From assembly GCA_963737265.1 (NCBI GenBank), contig CAVTRY010000012.1, forward strand, positions 128,001 to 192,000: a DNA stretch of 64,000 nucleotides, written 5' to 3'. A program made the position numbers and the translations under genes. Shown in pieces: positions 54,910 to 64,000 of this stretch. How positions within the stretch are numbered: the first letter of the stretch is position 1; every line of letters starts with the position of its first letter. The notes beneath the pieces were generated by a model. It was not told the DNA's origin. It saw only the letters and a list, made by a program, of their open reading frames with translations, and did not search any database. This DNA is from an uncultured delta proteobacterium. Its GTDB lineage: Bacteria; Myxococcota_A; Polyangia; Fen-1088.

Positions 54910-56603
54910 TCGGTTCCCCCGTCGGGAGAAACCGGTGGCGCGAGGGTGGTCAACCACAGGCCGGAACGATCGGACGACGCCCGCCCGCGCACGATGTAGG
55001 CGGTCCACGACGTCGACAGATCCCCTCCTGGGAGCAGCGCCTCCCAGGCGACGGATTGGGCGTAAAGAGTGTCCACACCGCTGTCGAGATTTCGGTAGAA
55101 AAAATCTCCGACGTCGTCCTGTTGTGAGCCGTTGATGATGCCGAGGAGACTGTGCGCCGACACGGTCACCGACAGAATCTCCTTCGCCACCTGCCGCACA
55201 TCGCCGGTCTCATAGTCGCCGAAAAAAAGATCGGAAGTCGCACGTCCCAAGTGCGCCCAGAAGACCAAAATCTGCCCGCTTGGACCCGGCGTGAAGAAAT
55301 AGCCGCTGTTGCCGCCACCGACGGGGACCTGCAAACCCGCCGGCGAGATGGTGCGCGCAGGTAGCGCCAGCGCCACGTCCTGAACCATCAAAGCACCATG
55401 GACACTCGGATCGTAGAGCGTCGGCAGCGCCGGAGAAATGTAGACCAGGTATTTCCCGTCCGGCGTCAACCCGGGCGCAACCATGTTGGTGGCGGGCACG
55501 ACTCGAAGGGCCACAAAGGAATTCTGAAGGGCAAAAACCCCATGCCCCTGGCTGTCGAGGAGAAGCCACTCGTTGCTGTTGCCGACTTGAGGCGCTGCAA
55601 CCAGGTTCACGAGCGGGCTCGGCAGCAGGGTTGTCGTATCGTTGCCGGTCACGAGGTCGAGCGAGTGCAGCTCGGCCGGCGCCGCCCCGATCGCATTCTG
55701 CGAGTAGGAAAATGTGTTGCCGTTAAAGCCACCCCAGCTTGACGGATTGGGCCGAGCCAAGGGAATCTCCGCTCCGGTGGTCAGATCGCGCACGACGGTC
55801 TTGGACACGTTGTTGTCGGTGACGGCGATCGCGGCGTAATGCTCATCGCCGCTGACTGTGAAGCGCGAGACACCTTGGCGCAGGAGCTCCAGCGTGTCGC
55901 TCGGACGATCGAGTCGGGTGAACTTCAAATCGGCATCGCGGATGAAGTAGATGGCGCCACTGCCTCCAATCTGAAACTGAAAGGAACCGGAATCAGGGCC
56001 GAGCAGCAGGCTGTAGACGCCGTCCCAGAGAAACAGACTCGGATAGATCTGCCCCGGCGCCGCCGGTCGTTCGTAAAGGAGCTGCGGGCAATTGTTCTGC
56101 AAGCCGGGAGCCCCCGGACAGGTCTGACCAGCTTGCGGCTGATCGACAAGTACCTGCGGAGCAACCGCGAATGGAGCATAGGTAGAGATACCTTCGAAGC
56201 GCGTCTGTTCTTCCAGCGTGGGACCGAGCAGCACCAGCGACGCGACGGGGACGGTGCTGGCGCCGCTGGCGACGCGCGTCTCGTCGACCATGAAGTAGCG
56301 CACGCCCGCGCTGTCGGGCCCCTGTTCCCCCCAGCTATCCGAGCAGTTGGCGATCACCTTGCGCTGCCGACTGCCATCGAACGAAGAGATCCAGACGTCC
56401 AGCACGCCGCCCTGGGTAGGGGTGGCGTAGGCTTTGCGATCGCTGAAACGAACCATGGTTTCGCCGCCGACAGCAATGAACCCCGGCGCCTCGATGGTCT
56501 GGCTGAGAAAAAGGTGGCTCCCGGTCGGAGCCGGCCCCTCGTCGTGCAGACAGCCCGCGAGGAGAAGCAGCCCAAACGGAATGATCAGCTGTCGACAAGC
56601 CAT
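54906..56603 (-). CDS. Hypothetical lipoprotein, probable beta-propeller
   Basis: Lipobox LAGC, TPDGKYLVY-type blade motifs. The stop codon lies in the CTAG end of element C. Confidence 0.7.
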   Translation of the reverse strand: MACRQLIIPFGLLLLAGCLHDEGPAPTGSHLFLSQTIEAPGFIAVGGETMVRFSDRKAYATPTQGGVLDVWISSFDGSRQRKVIANCSDSWGEQGPDSAGVRYFMVDETRVASGASTVPVASLVLLGPTLEEQTRFEGISTYAPFAVAPQVLVDQPQAGQTCPGAPGLQNNCPQLLYERPAAPGQIYPSLFLWDGVYSLLLGPDSGSFQFQIGGSGAIYFIRDADLKFTRLDRPSDTLELLRQGVSRFTVSGDEHYAAIAVTDNNVSKTVVRDLTTGAEIPLARPNPSSWGGFNGNTFSYSQNAIGAAPAELHSLDLVTGNDTTTLLPSPLVNLVAAPQVGNSNEWLLLDSQGHGVFALQNSFVALRVVPATNMVAPGLTPDGKYLVYISPALPTLYDPSVHGALMVQDVALALPARTISPAGLQVPVGGGNSGYFFTPGPSGQILVFWAHLGRATSDLFFGDYETGDVRQVAKEILSVTVSAHSLLGIINGSQQDDVGDFFYRNLDSGVDTLYAQSVAWEALLPGGDLSTSWTAYIVRGRASSDRSGLWLTTLAPPVSPDGGTD

Positions 56604-56704
56604 GAGCGCCCAGGGCGGTACTCTAACCTAATGCGCGCCAATGTTCGAGACTGTGCGCGCCCCCCGCGCCCCCCACACCTCCGCTTCCGCCCTGGCCAGA
56701 TCCG

Positions 56705-58456
56705 CTACGCTTCCTCGTTGAACTCCAGCGGAAAGCGCTGCTTCATGGCGTGGTTCACCACTTCTTCAATCTCGTCCTCGGTGCGCAGGGACATGATCTC
56801 TTCCGCAAGCTTCTCGGCCTCGTTCAATCGAGTCGACCGGATGATGGACTTGACCATCGGGATCTGGCGCGGCGCCATCGACAAGGATCGAAGGCCGAGT
56901 CCGAGCAGAACCCAGCAGAAGCGCGGATCGCCCGCCATGTCGCCACACATGGCCACCGGCTTTCCGCATTGGTTCGCTGCCTGGACCACGCCGCGGATGG
57001 CACGCAGGATGGCGGGATGAAGCGGATGGTAGAGGTAGCCGACGTGCTCGTCCTGACGGTCGGCGGCGAGCGCGTACTGGATGAGGTCGTTGGTTCCGAT
57101 GGAAAGAAACTCGCTCTCGGCGCACAGCAGATCCGCGATGAGGGCCGCGCTCGGCGTTTCAATCATAGCCCCGAGCGGCGCCTTCGAGTTATGTTCCAAT
57201 CCCTCGCGGGCAAGCTCGTCGCACACGCTGGCGCAGATCTCGCGCACGATGCGCATCTCGGCGACGCCGGAAATCAGGGGAAACATGATGCTGAGCGGAC
57301 CCGTCGCTGCTGCCCGGTAGAAGGCGCGCAACTGAGACCGGAACAGATCCCGCCGCCACAGCGAGTAGCGAATGGAACGCAACCCCAGCGCCGGGTTGTT
57401 ACCGGCGGGAATGCGCACCGACATGGGCAGCTTGTCCCCGCCGAGATCGAGGGTTCGGAACACCACGGCTCGGCCTTCCATCGCGCGCAAGGCAGCCACC
57501 GCGTGTTGATACTGCTCTTCCTCGGTGGGAAGGGTCGAGCGTTCCAAGTAAAGAAACTCGGTACGAAACAGCCCTACCGCATCGGCGCCGAGCTGCACCG
57601 AAATGGGCAGCTCTTCCAGCAGCTCGACGTTGGCCGCGAGCTGCACCCGCACGTTGTCGAGCGTGGTCGCCGGCGCCTCGCGCGCCTTGGCCAGACGTTC
57701 CGCCTGCACGAGGTCGCGCGCGGCCCGGTCGGCGAAGCGTTCTTGAATGCCAAAATCCGGCTCGAGAATGACTTCGCCACGGCCGCCGTCGACGATGACG
57801 GTCATGCCGGTGCGGATGTGCTTGATGAAGTCCTGTACGCCGGCGACCAGCGGCAGACCAAGTGCACGCGCCACCAACGCGGCGTGCGAGGTCTTGCCCC
57901 CGCCCTCGGTGAAGAAGCCGCTGACCCCGGCGCGACCGAGCTGGGTGATGTCGGCGGGCGAAAGATCGTGGGCAAACACCACGGCGCCCTTGGGCACGCC
58001 CTCGTGGCCGGGCGGCGTCATGCCGAGCAGGTTGCGCAGAATGCGCTCGCCGATCATGTCGATGTCGCTGCGGCGTTCGCGAAAGTAGGGATCCTCGATG
58101 CTGGCGAAAACGACCTGAATCTGGTCGAGGGCGCGGCGCAAGGCCCATTCCGCCGAGACCTGATCGTGGCGAATGATCTTGCTCGTCTCCTCGACGAGAT
58201 GAACATCGGCCAGCATCATGCGGTGGGCTTCCAGGATGCGGTATTCCTGGCCGTCGCCCACCTGATCGGCGATCTGCTGCTGGATGCGGCGAAGCTGGGC
58301 ATCGCTGCGCGCCAGGGCGTCCTCGAAACGGCGCAACTCCTGGTCGACCTCGTCGGTGAAGATGCGCCGCTCTTGCACCTCGACACGTCCGCCGAGAAAA
58401 TGCGCCACGCCCATGGCGATGCCGGGCGACGCGCCCACGCCGGCCAACCTAATCAT
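56705..58456 (-). CDS. ptsI: PTS enzyme I
   Basis: GGKTSHAA, GLFRTEFLY, NPALGLRSIR, SIGTNDLIQY and MCGDMAGD. ATG 58456. Confidence 0.95.
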   Translation of the reverse strand: MIRLAGVGASPGIAMGVAHFLGGRVEVQERRIFTDEVDQELRRFEDALARSDAQLRRIQQQIADQVGDGQEYRILEAHRMMLADVHLVEETSKIIRHDQVSAEWALRRALDQIQVVFASIEDPYFRERRSDIDMIGERILRNLLGMTPPGHEGVPKGAVVFAHDLSPADITQLGRAGVSGFFTEGGGKTSHAALVARALGLPLVAGVQDFIKHIRTGMTVIVDGGRGEVILEPDFGIQERFADRAARDLVQAERLAKAREAPATTLDNVRVQLAANVELLEELPISVQLGADAVGLFRTEFLYLERSTLPTEEEQYQHAVAALRAMEGRAVVFRTLDLGGDKLPMSVRIPAGNNPALGLRSIRYSLWRRDLFRSQLRAFYRAAATGPLSIMFPLISGVAEMRIVREICASVCDELAREGLEHNSKAPLGAMIETPSAALIADLLCAESEFLSIGTNDLIQYALAADRQDEHVGYLYHPLHPAILRAIRGVVQAANQCGKPVAMCGDMAGDPRFCWVLLGLGLRSLSMAPRQIPMVKSIIRSTRLNEAEKLAEEIMSLRTEDEIEEVVNHAMKQRFPLEFNEEA

Positions 58457-58748
58457 CGACCACCCCTTCGCCGAAGCCATTGTCGACCAGTGCGGCCAGC
58501 GCCTTCGCCGCATCGTCGGCGTCCGGCCCAACCGCCTGAACCACGATGGTCACGCCCAGCGCTGCCACCAGGGTCAAGAGCCCCATGATGCTCTTTCCGT
58601 TGACCCCGGTGCCGTCCTTGATGACCGTGATCTCGGACCTGAAGTGGGCGGCGAGCTGGACGAACTTCACCGCAGCCCGCGCGTGCATGCCGGCGCGATT
58701 GCGGATCTTCCTCTCCTGACGAGCGACTTGCTGCGCCGGCTCCACCAT
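58449..58748 (-). CDS. ptsH: Phosphocarrier HPr
   Basis: GMHARAA and NGKSIMGLL. Confidence 0.95.
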   Translation of the reverse strand: MVEPAQQVARQERKIRNRAGMHARAAVKFVQLAAHFRSEITVIKDGTGVNGKSIMGLLTLVAALGVTIVVQAVGPDADDAAKALAALVDNGFGEGVVDD

Positions 58749-58749
58749 G

Positions 58750-59175
58750 TCAGCCCCTGCCTCCCATCGTCACCTTGCCGGTCAGTTCCGATCCGATGCG
58801 AATCGAACGCTTGCCACAATCTCGCACCTCCTCGGCCAGGGTAAGCAGCGAGAGCTTGCAACGGTCGAGGGTGGCGAGCTTGAGCAACATGGGAAGATTC
58901 ACCCCGCACACCACTTCGGCGGCGCGCGTTCCGTCGGCCATGGTCATGGACATGTTAAACGGCGTCGAACCGTAGACATCCACCAGAAGCAGGACACCTG
59001 CACCGTCGTCGACCTGCCCGCATGCCTGGGCCACCTTGTGCATGATCGAGGCGCTGTCTTCGCCTGCCGAAACGCATGCCGCTGCGATGTTGGGTATGGT
59101 ACCCACCACCCGGCGGGCCGCCTCGATGAGCGCAAACGCGACTTGCTCATGAGACACCACAACGACGCCCACCAT
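58750..59175 (-). CDS. PTS EIIA component, mannose/fructose type
   Basis: VVVSH, LVDVYGSTPFN and GVNLPML. Confidence 0.9.
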   Translation of the reverse strand: MVGVVVVSHEQVAFALIEAARRVVGTIPNIAAACVSAGEDSASIMHKVAQACGQVDDGAGVLLLVDVYGSTPFNMSMTMADGTRAAEVVCGVNLPMLLKLATLDRCKLSLLTLAEEVRDCGKRSIRIGSELTGKVTMGGRG

Positions 59176-59294
59176 GGGCTCAATCGTCCTGTTTCCGAGC
59201 GGAGACATCATATTTCAATCGACCTGTCCGAACGATTCAGCCTGAAGCTTACATCTTCCGGTCGAGATAGCGAAGGCTGTTGCAGCTTGGATCT

Positions 59295-60164
59295 TCACTT
59301 CTGTCCTTCCGGTCCCGGCAGCTGGCGACCACGTGCGATGTCCCGGTGTTTGACTTCAACCTGGAACGCTACCAGGCGCTTGGCCAGCTCGTTGGCGATG
59401 ACGACCGAACGATGGCGGCCGCCCGTGCAGCCAATGGCGATCGTCGCGTAGGTTTTGCCCTCGCGTTCAAAGGCAGCCACGCAAAGAGTCAGCAGCTCTT
59501 CGGCCTTTTCCAAGAACAATTGGGTTTCCTGGCTTTCCATCACGTAGTCGCGAACGCCTTCCGCTTCGCCGGACAAGGCGGACAGGGAATTGACGAAGAA
59601 CGGGTTGGGCAGGAAGCGAACGTCGAGCACGATGTCGGCCTCTGTCGGCAGTCCGTACTTGAACCCAAACGACATCATGGTCACGGAAAGATTGCCCTCG
59701 GCTCGACCGTAGCGACCGAGCACGATGGCGCGCAGGCCGTGTACGTTGAGCTCGCCAGTGTCGATGATCGCGGTGGCTTCCAGGCGCAAGGTGGCGAGAC
59801 GCGCCCGTTCGGTCTCGATGTCGCCCCGGATGTCCTTGCCGTGCAGGGGATGCCGGCGCCTCGTTTCGGAGAAGCGGCGAAGCAAGATCTCGTCGGGCGC
59901 ATCGAGAAAAAGCACGTCGATGGAGTGGCCGGCGACACGCAGGTCGTTGAGAACGCGCGCGGTGTCGGTCAGAAAGTCGCCGCTGCGGGCATCCACCACC
60001 AACCCCGCGCGCATGACTTCCTCGCGTCCGGCCAGAAGCTCGATGAACTTCGGCAAGAGCGCCATGGGCAGATTGTCGACACAGTAGAATCCGAGATCTT
60101 CGAGCGCGCTCTTGACGGTTGTCTTGCCCGCTCCCGAGACGCCCGTGATGACGACCAACTTCAT
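59295..60164 (-). CDS. rapZ: RNase adapter RapZ
   Basis: ITGVSGAGKT, SFGFKYG, DVRFLPNP and GCTGGRHRSV. Confidence 0.95.
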   Translation of the reverse strand: MKLVVITGVSGAGKTTVKSALEDLGFYCVDNLPMALLPKFIELLAGREEVMRAGLVVDARSGDFLTDTARVLNDLRVAGHSIDVLFLDAPDEILLRRFSETRRRHPLHGKDIRGDIETERARLATLRLEATAIIDTGELNVHGLRAIVLGRYGRAEGNLSVTMMSFGFKYGLPTEADIVLDVRFLPNPFFVNSLSALSGEAEGVRDYVMESQETQLFLEKAEELLTLCVAAFEREGKTYATIAIGCTGGRHRSVVIANELAKRLVAFQVEVKHRDIARGRQLPGPEGQK

Positions 60165-60177
60165 GGCTACCCTACAG

Positions 60178-61158
60178 CTACTCTACGTCGCCGCGGAAGC
60201 GACGCTGTCGAGCATCGGCCAGCGCCTGATCGAGGCGTTCTTGGAATTCGCGGGCGGCGTGGTGGCCGCGCACCTGCAAAAGCCGGTTACGCGCCGCCAC
60301 CTCGACCAGCGAGCTGACGTTGCGGCCCGGGCTGACGGGAATGCGCAGCATGGGTACAGGCACGTCGAGAATCGGATAGGTCTGGTCGTCGAGGCCGACC
60401 CGGTCGGCGGCTTCGGATTCCTCCCACCGCACAAGCTCCATGACCAGCTCGATGCGCTTTTCGTCGCGCACCGAAGCCACGCCGAACATGTCCTTGATGT
60501 TGATGATGCCGATCCCACGCACCTCCATGTGGTGCTTGATGAGCTCGGCCGACCAGCCCACGAGCAAGTCGTGAGCGCTGCGACGAACCTCGACCAGATC
60601 GTCGGCGACCATGCGATGGCCGCGCATGACCAATTCCAGTGCCGCTTCGGACTTGCCGATCCCGCTCTTGCCGAGGAGCAAGATGCCGACGCCGAGAACA
60701 TCCATGAGCACGCCGTGGATGCTGGCGGTGGGCGAAAGCTCGCGCTCGATGTAGGTCTGGATCGATTGAATCGCCACCGAAGACCGCAGCGGCGTGCGCA
60801 GGAGTGGCACGCCCAGGCGATCCGCGGCTTCGAACAGCTCCGTCGGGACGTCGAGCCCCTTGGTCACCACGATACACGCCGGCTCAAGCGCCATGAAGGT
60901 CTCGATCCCGTGGCGCGCCTCCTCGACCGGCAGGCTGGCGAGATAGGCGAGCTCCGTGGCACCCAGGATCTGCACGCGTTCCGGCTGCACCTGGCGAACG
61001 AAACCGGCCAGGGCCAAGCCGGGCTTCTGCACGCGATGAAAGGTGATGCGACGGCTGAGCCCGGACTCGCCCGCCAGCAGAACGAGCCTTAGGCCCGCGG
61101 CTTCGCTCAAAAGTGAACGAACCGTCAGGGTGACCGCCAGGCCGGCGCTCTCACTCAA
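60178..61158 (-). CDS. hprK: HPr kinase/phosphorylase
   Basis: HGVLMDV.GVG, GKSGIGKSE, VADD and HHMEVRGIGII. Confidence 0.95.
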   Translation of the reverse strand: MSESAGLAVTLTVRSLLSEAAGLRLVLLAGESGLSRRITFHRVQKPGLALAGFVRQVQPERVQILGATELAYLASLPVEEARHGIETFMALEPACIVVTKGLDVPTELFEAADRLGVPLLRTPLRSSVAIQSIQTYIERELSPTASIHGVLMDVLGVGILLLGKSGIGKSEAALELVMRGHRMVADDLVEVRRSAHDLLVGWSAELIKHHMEVRGIGIINIKDMFGVASVRDEKRIELVMELVRWEESEAADRVGLDDQTYPILDVPVPMLRIPVSPGRNVSSLVEVAARNRLLQVRGHHAAREFQERLDQALADARQRRFRGDVE

Positions 61159-61625
61159 TACTTGGCATCCTCCTCGTCGATGATCCTGTACATAGTGGCG
61201 CCATCCGCCGCTTCTAGCAATCGTTGACGAAGGTTACCGTCGCGAAACAGGCGCGACAGGCGCGCGAGGGCCTTGAGATGGACACCGGCCGAATTGGATG
61301 GTGCCACCAACATGAACACGAGATGGGTTGGCTTGCCGTCGATGGAATCGAACGCAAGTCCTGCCACCGAGCGCCCCAGCGCCCCGACCAGGTGATCGAT
61401 GGTGTCGAGCTTCCCATGCGGAATCGCGATGCCGTCGCCGATCGCCGTGGACGCCAGCAGCTCACGCTCTTCGAGAACCCGATGCAGGACCTGCGGATCG
61501 ATGGCACTTTGGCCACTCTGCCGACCGGCAAGATAAACCGACATCTCGAGCAAGACCTCGCTCTTGGTCGTACCCGAGAGCGCGGGGATGATGGAGTCGG
61601 CGGAAAGAAAATCGACAACCTTCAT
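61155..61625 (-). CDS. ptsN: PTS EIIA(Ntr)
   Basis: ERE..STAIGDGIAIPH, FDSID and location in the rpoN operon. Confidence 0.9.
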   Translation of the reverse strand: MKVVDFLSADSIIPALSGTTKSEVLLEMSVYLAGRQSGQSAIDPQVLHRVLEERELLASTAIGDGIAIPHGKLDTIDHLVGALGRSVAGLAFDSIDGKPTHLVFMLVAPSNSAGVHLKALARLSRLFRDGNLRQRLLEAADGATMYRIIDEEDAKY

Positions 61626-61664
61626 GGTGGGACCTGGTACTTCTCTGCGCGTGATTGGTTCGGT

Positions 61665-62261
61665 CTAGGCGGAAGGGGCGCTGACCCCGGTTTCGAGTAG
61701 ACCGTAGTTTCCGTCCTTGCGGCGATAGATCACTGAAATCGTGTTTCGGTCGGCGTCGACGAAAACCAGCACGTCCCGCTCGACCAGGTTGAGCTGCATG
61801 GCGGCGTCGCGCACTTGCAGCGTGCGAACCTCTTCGGTGGCATCGCGGATGACCGGAATCTCGGCGCCGGCCAGCTTGGCGTCCGGCTGCGCGCCAGGCT
61901 GAGGCTCAAGGCTCTCGGCCGCCACCACCGTCTGTCGCACCTGCAAGCGAGGCCCACCGTGCGGCTTGTGGGTGCGAATCTTCTCCTTCCACTTGCGCAC
62001 CTGGCGCTCGATGCGCGCCACCGACAGATCGATGGACGAATACATGTCCTCGGTGGTGTCGCGCGCCTGGATAACGAGTCCGTTGGGCAAGGTCAGGGAG
62101 AACTCTGCCGTGTGGTTGTGGTTACGTTCCACGGAGAAGGTCCCGTGCGCGGCGATGGGATCGCGACTGAAGTATTTCTTGATCTTCTCCAGTCGCTCCT
62201 CGGCGTAATCCTTGACGGCAGGAGAAGCTTCCATGTGACGAAAGGTAATCGAAAGCTGCAT
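61665..62261 (-). CDS. hpf: Ribosome hibernation promoting factor (long HPF)
   Basis: ITFRHM, DMYSSID and VIYRRKDGNYGL. GGAGG SD before ATG 62261. Confidence 0.92.
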   Translation of the reverse strand: MQLSITFRHMEASPAVKDYAEERLEKIKKYFSRDPIAAHGTFSVERNHNHTAEFSLTLPNGLVIQARDTTEDMYSSIDLSVARIERQVRKWKEKIRTHKPHGGPRLQVRQTVVAAESLEPQPGAQPDAKLAGAEIPVIRDATEEVRTLQVRDAAMQLNLVERDVLVFVDADRNTISVIYRRKDGNYGLLETGVSAPSA

Positions 62262-62308
62262 CGAAATGGCCTCCACGGCGGGACGTTTTGGGGTCGCGGT
62301 TGATGGGT

Positions 62309-63820
62309 CTAGAACACTTGCTTGCGTTTGCTACTCGGTTGAATTCTGAGCTGTTCCCGATACTTGGCGACGGTACGCCGGGCGATCTCGATGTTCTGTT
62401 CGAGAAGTAGCTCGACAATCTTTTGATCGGAATGGGGGTGCTTGGGATCTTCGCTGGCGACGATCTGCTTGATCTTCAGCTTCACCGCTTCGGATGCCAA
62501 ATCGTCGCCGTCGCTGCGGGTGATGCCCGAATTGAAGAAATACTTGAGCTCGAAGATGCCCTGGGGCGTGTGCACGTATTTGTTGGTCGTAACCCGCGAG
62601 ACGGTCGATTCGTGCATACCAATGTCGTCGGCGACATCGCGCAGGATGAGCGGCTTCAAGTACGCCGACCCTTTTTCGAAAAACTCGCGCTGAAAGCGAA
62701 GAATAGATTCGGTCACGCGCACGATGGTACGCTGTCGCTGCTGGATGGAGCGGATGAGCCACTGGGCGCTACGCAGGCGCTCTTGGATGTATTCGCGCGC
62801 CTTCGGTCCTTTCGAGAGAGCAACCCGGTAGAAATCGGAAATCTTCAGCTTGGGCAAGCCGTCGTCGTTGGCCACCACGAAGTACTTGTCGCCAACTTTT
62901 TGGATGTGTACATCCGGCGTGATGTAGTTGGATTCTTCGTCGCTGTAGGCGCGCCCCGGTTTGGGATCGAAAGCCAGCACCACCTTGGTCGCTTCGTAGA
63001 CCTCTTCGAGCGGCTGGCCAAGATCCTTGGCGATGGCGGCGTAACTGTGCTTCTCCAGATTCGACAGGTGCTTGGTGATGATGCCAAGCACGAGCTCGTC
63101 GTCCGCACCCACGTGGCGCGCCTGAAGCAGAAGACATTCCTGCAGATTTCGCGCGGCGATGCCGGGCGGGTCGAATTCCTGCACATGCGCCAGCACGGCC
63201 TCGACGAACTCGACCGAGACGCCGGCCTCGTCCGCGATTTCCTCCAGCGGCACGTCCAAATAGCCGTCCGGCGTCAGATTGCCGAGAATCAGCAACGCCA
63301 CGCCTTCCTCTTGATCGGAAAAACCGCGATTGAGCTTGAGCTGCCATTCCAGGTGATCGAACAGCGACGTTCCACGCGTCAGGGTCGATTCGATGGAGGG
63401 CATTTCGTCCGAGTTCGGCCGGAACGACGGCATGGGCGCCGCGTTGGACTGAGTTTCAAGGTAGGTATCCCAGTCGAAATCCGCCACGGCCTCATCCGAG
63501 CGAGCATCCGCCTTCACCTCGGCGGTGGTCTCAACCCTGTCTCCAGAAACCTGCGTCACCGGGGTTTCGGTCTCGCCGATGCGCTCGGTTTCCGCTTCCC
63601 GGCCCGCCTCCACCACTTGCCCCTCGTCGCTTCCTGGCTTCGCCTGCTCCGCCGACAGCTCGACCGCGTCCTCAAGGACGGGATTCTCCAACAGCTCGTC
63701 GCGCACCATGTCCACTAGCTCGACCCGCGAGAGCTGCAACAACTTGATCGCCTGTTGCAGCTGCGGCGTCATGACGAGCTGCTGCGAGAGTTTCAGATGC
63801 TGCTTGATCTCCATGGACAT
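62309..63820 (-). CDS. rpoN: RNA polymerase sigma-54 factor
   Basis: MTPQLQQAIKLLQL, HESTVSR and RpoN box ARRTVAKYRE. Confidence 0.98.
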   Translation of the reverse strand: MSMEIKQHLKLSQQLVMTPQLQQAIKLLQLSRVELVDMVRDELLENPVLEDAVELSAEQAKPGSDEGQVVEAGREAETERIGETETPVTQVSGDRVETTAEVKADARSDEAVADFDWDTYLETQSNAAPMPSFRPNSDEMPSIESTLTRGTSLFDHLEWQLKLNRGFSDQEEGVALLILGNLTPDGYLDVPLEEIADEAGVSVEFVEAVLAHVQEFDPPGIAARNLQECLLLQARHVGADDELVLGIITKHLSNLEKHSYAAIAKDLGQPLEEVYEATKVVLAFDPKPGRAYSDEESNYITPDVHIQKVGDKYFVVANDDGLPKLKISDFYRVALSKGPKAREYIQERLRSAQWLIRSIQQRQRTIVRVTESILRFQREFFEKGSAYLKPLILRDVADDIGMHESTVSRVTTNKYVHTPQGIFELKYFFNSGITRSDGDDLASEAVKLKIKQIVASEDPKHPHSDQKIVELLLEQNIEIARRTVAKYREQLRIQPSSKRKQVF

Positions 63821-63910
63821 TGCGTCACCGTTCGCCGTTGCTTAGATCATCGGTTGTTTCCTAATTCTTTGATAGCACTGGGCACCGCTTTGGAAAAGCA
63901 AAAGCCTCGT

Positions 63911-63927
63911 CTGGTACACAGATTGCT
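63911..63927 (+). promoter_or_regulatory. Sigma-54 -24/-12 site oriented away from rpoN
   Basis: CTGGTACACAGATTGCT fits TGGYAC-N5-TTGCW (GG-N10-GC). Confidence 0.6.
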
Positions 63928-64000
63928 AGGGTCAGGCGCAAAAAGCTCCACACCGGACGGACGACTCGATGTCGCCTCCGGGTCGCCTCAACCCGGAAAC

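Noticed and set aside
56705-63820. rpoN cluster containing hprK, EIIA(Man), ptsH and ptsI as a novel system
   Set aside because: This is a well-known arrangement in many non-enteric Gram-negative bacteria.
63994-64000. Window ends with CGGAAAC, the same as bases 1-7, suggesting circularity
   Set aside because: The match is only 7 bp at arbitrary window edges, and the content is chromosomal housekeeping genes.

Overview
High-GC bacterial chromosome segment whose gene content points to Myxococcota (TIGR04551-like barrel, TPR proteins, Gly/Ser/Thr-linker lipoproteins, fibro-slime proteins); this taxonomy is an inference. Housekeeping content: dnaE, rlmD, lgt, a TolC-MFP-RND-MFP metal-efflux operon, iorAB, hppA, an M16 protease, hflKC, nagZ and the rpoN-hpf-ptsN-hprK-rapZ-EIIA-ptsH-ptsI cluster. 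I recognised no rRNA, tRNA, CRISPR array or transposase gene. The notable signal is seven small non-autonomous elements. (1) Two about 99% identical 579-bp elements have 23-bp terminal inverted repeats (TIRs) and different 9-bp target duplications, and their only gene is a GxxExxY PD-(D/E)XK nuclease-like ORF inside a second, inner inverted repeat. (2) Three ~165-bp hairpin elements have unrelated terminal arms but share a core with compensatory base changes, and sit at CT(N)AG sites at or next to stop codons. (3) A 189-bp ISAs1-like MITE with a 10-bp duplication splits a GH5 cellulase gene. (4) An 81-bp palindromic in-frame insertion lies inside the M16 protease gene. There is also a free-standing intergenic palindrome, an apparently circularly permuted GH45 endoglucanase in a small cellulolytic locus, and a frameshifted lipoprotein gene. 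Product calls rest on motifs recognised by eye; no database searches were run.
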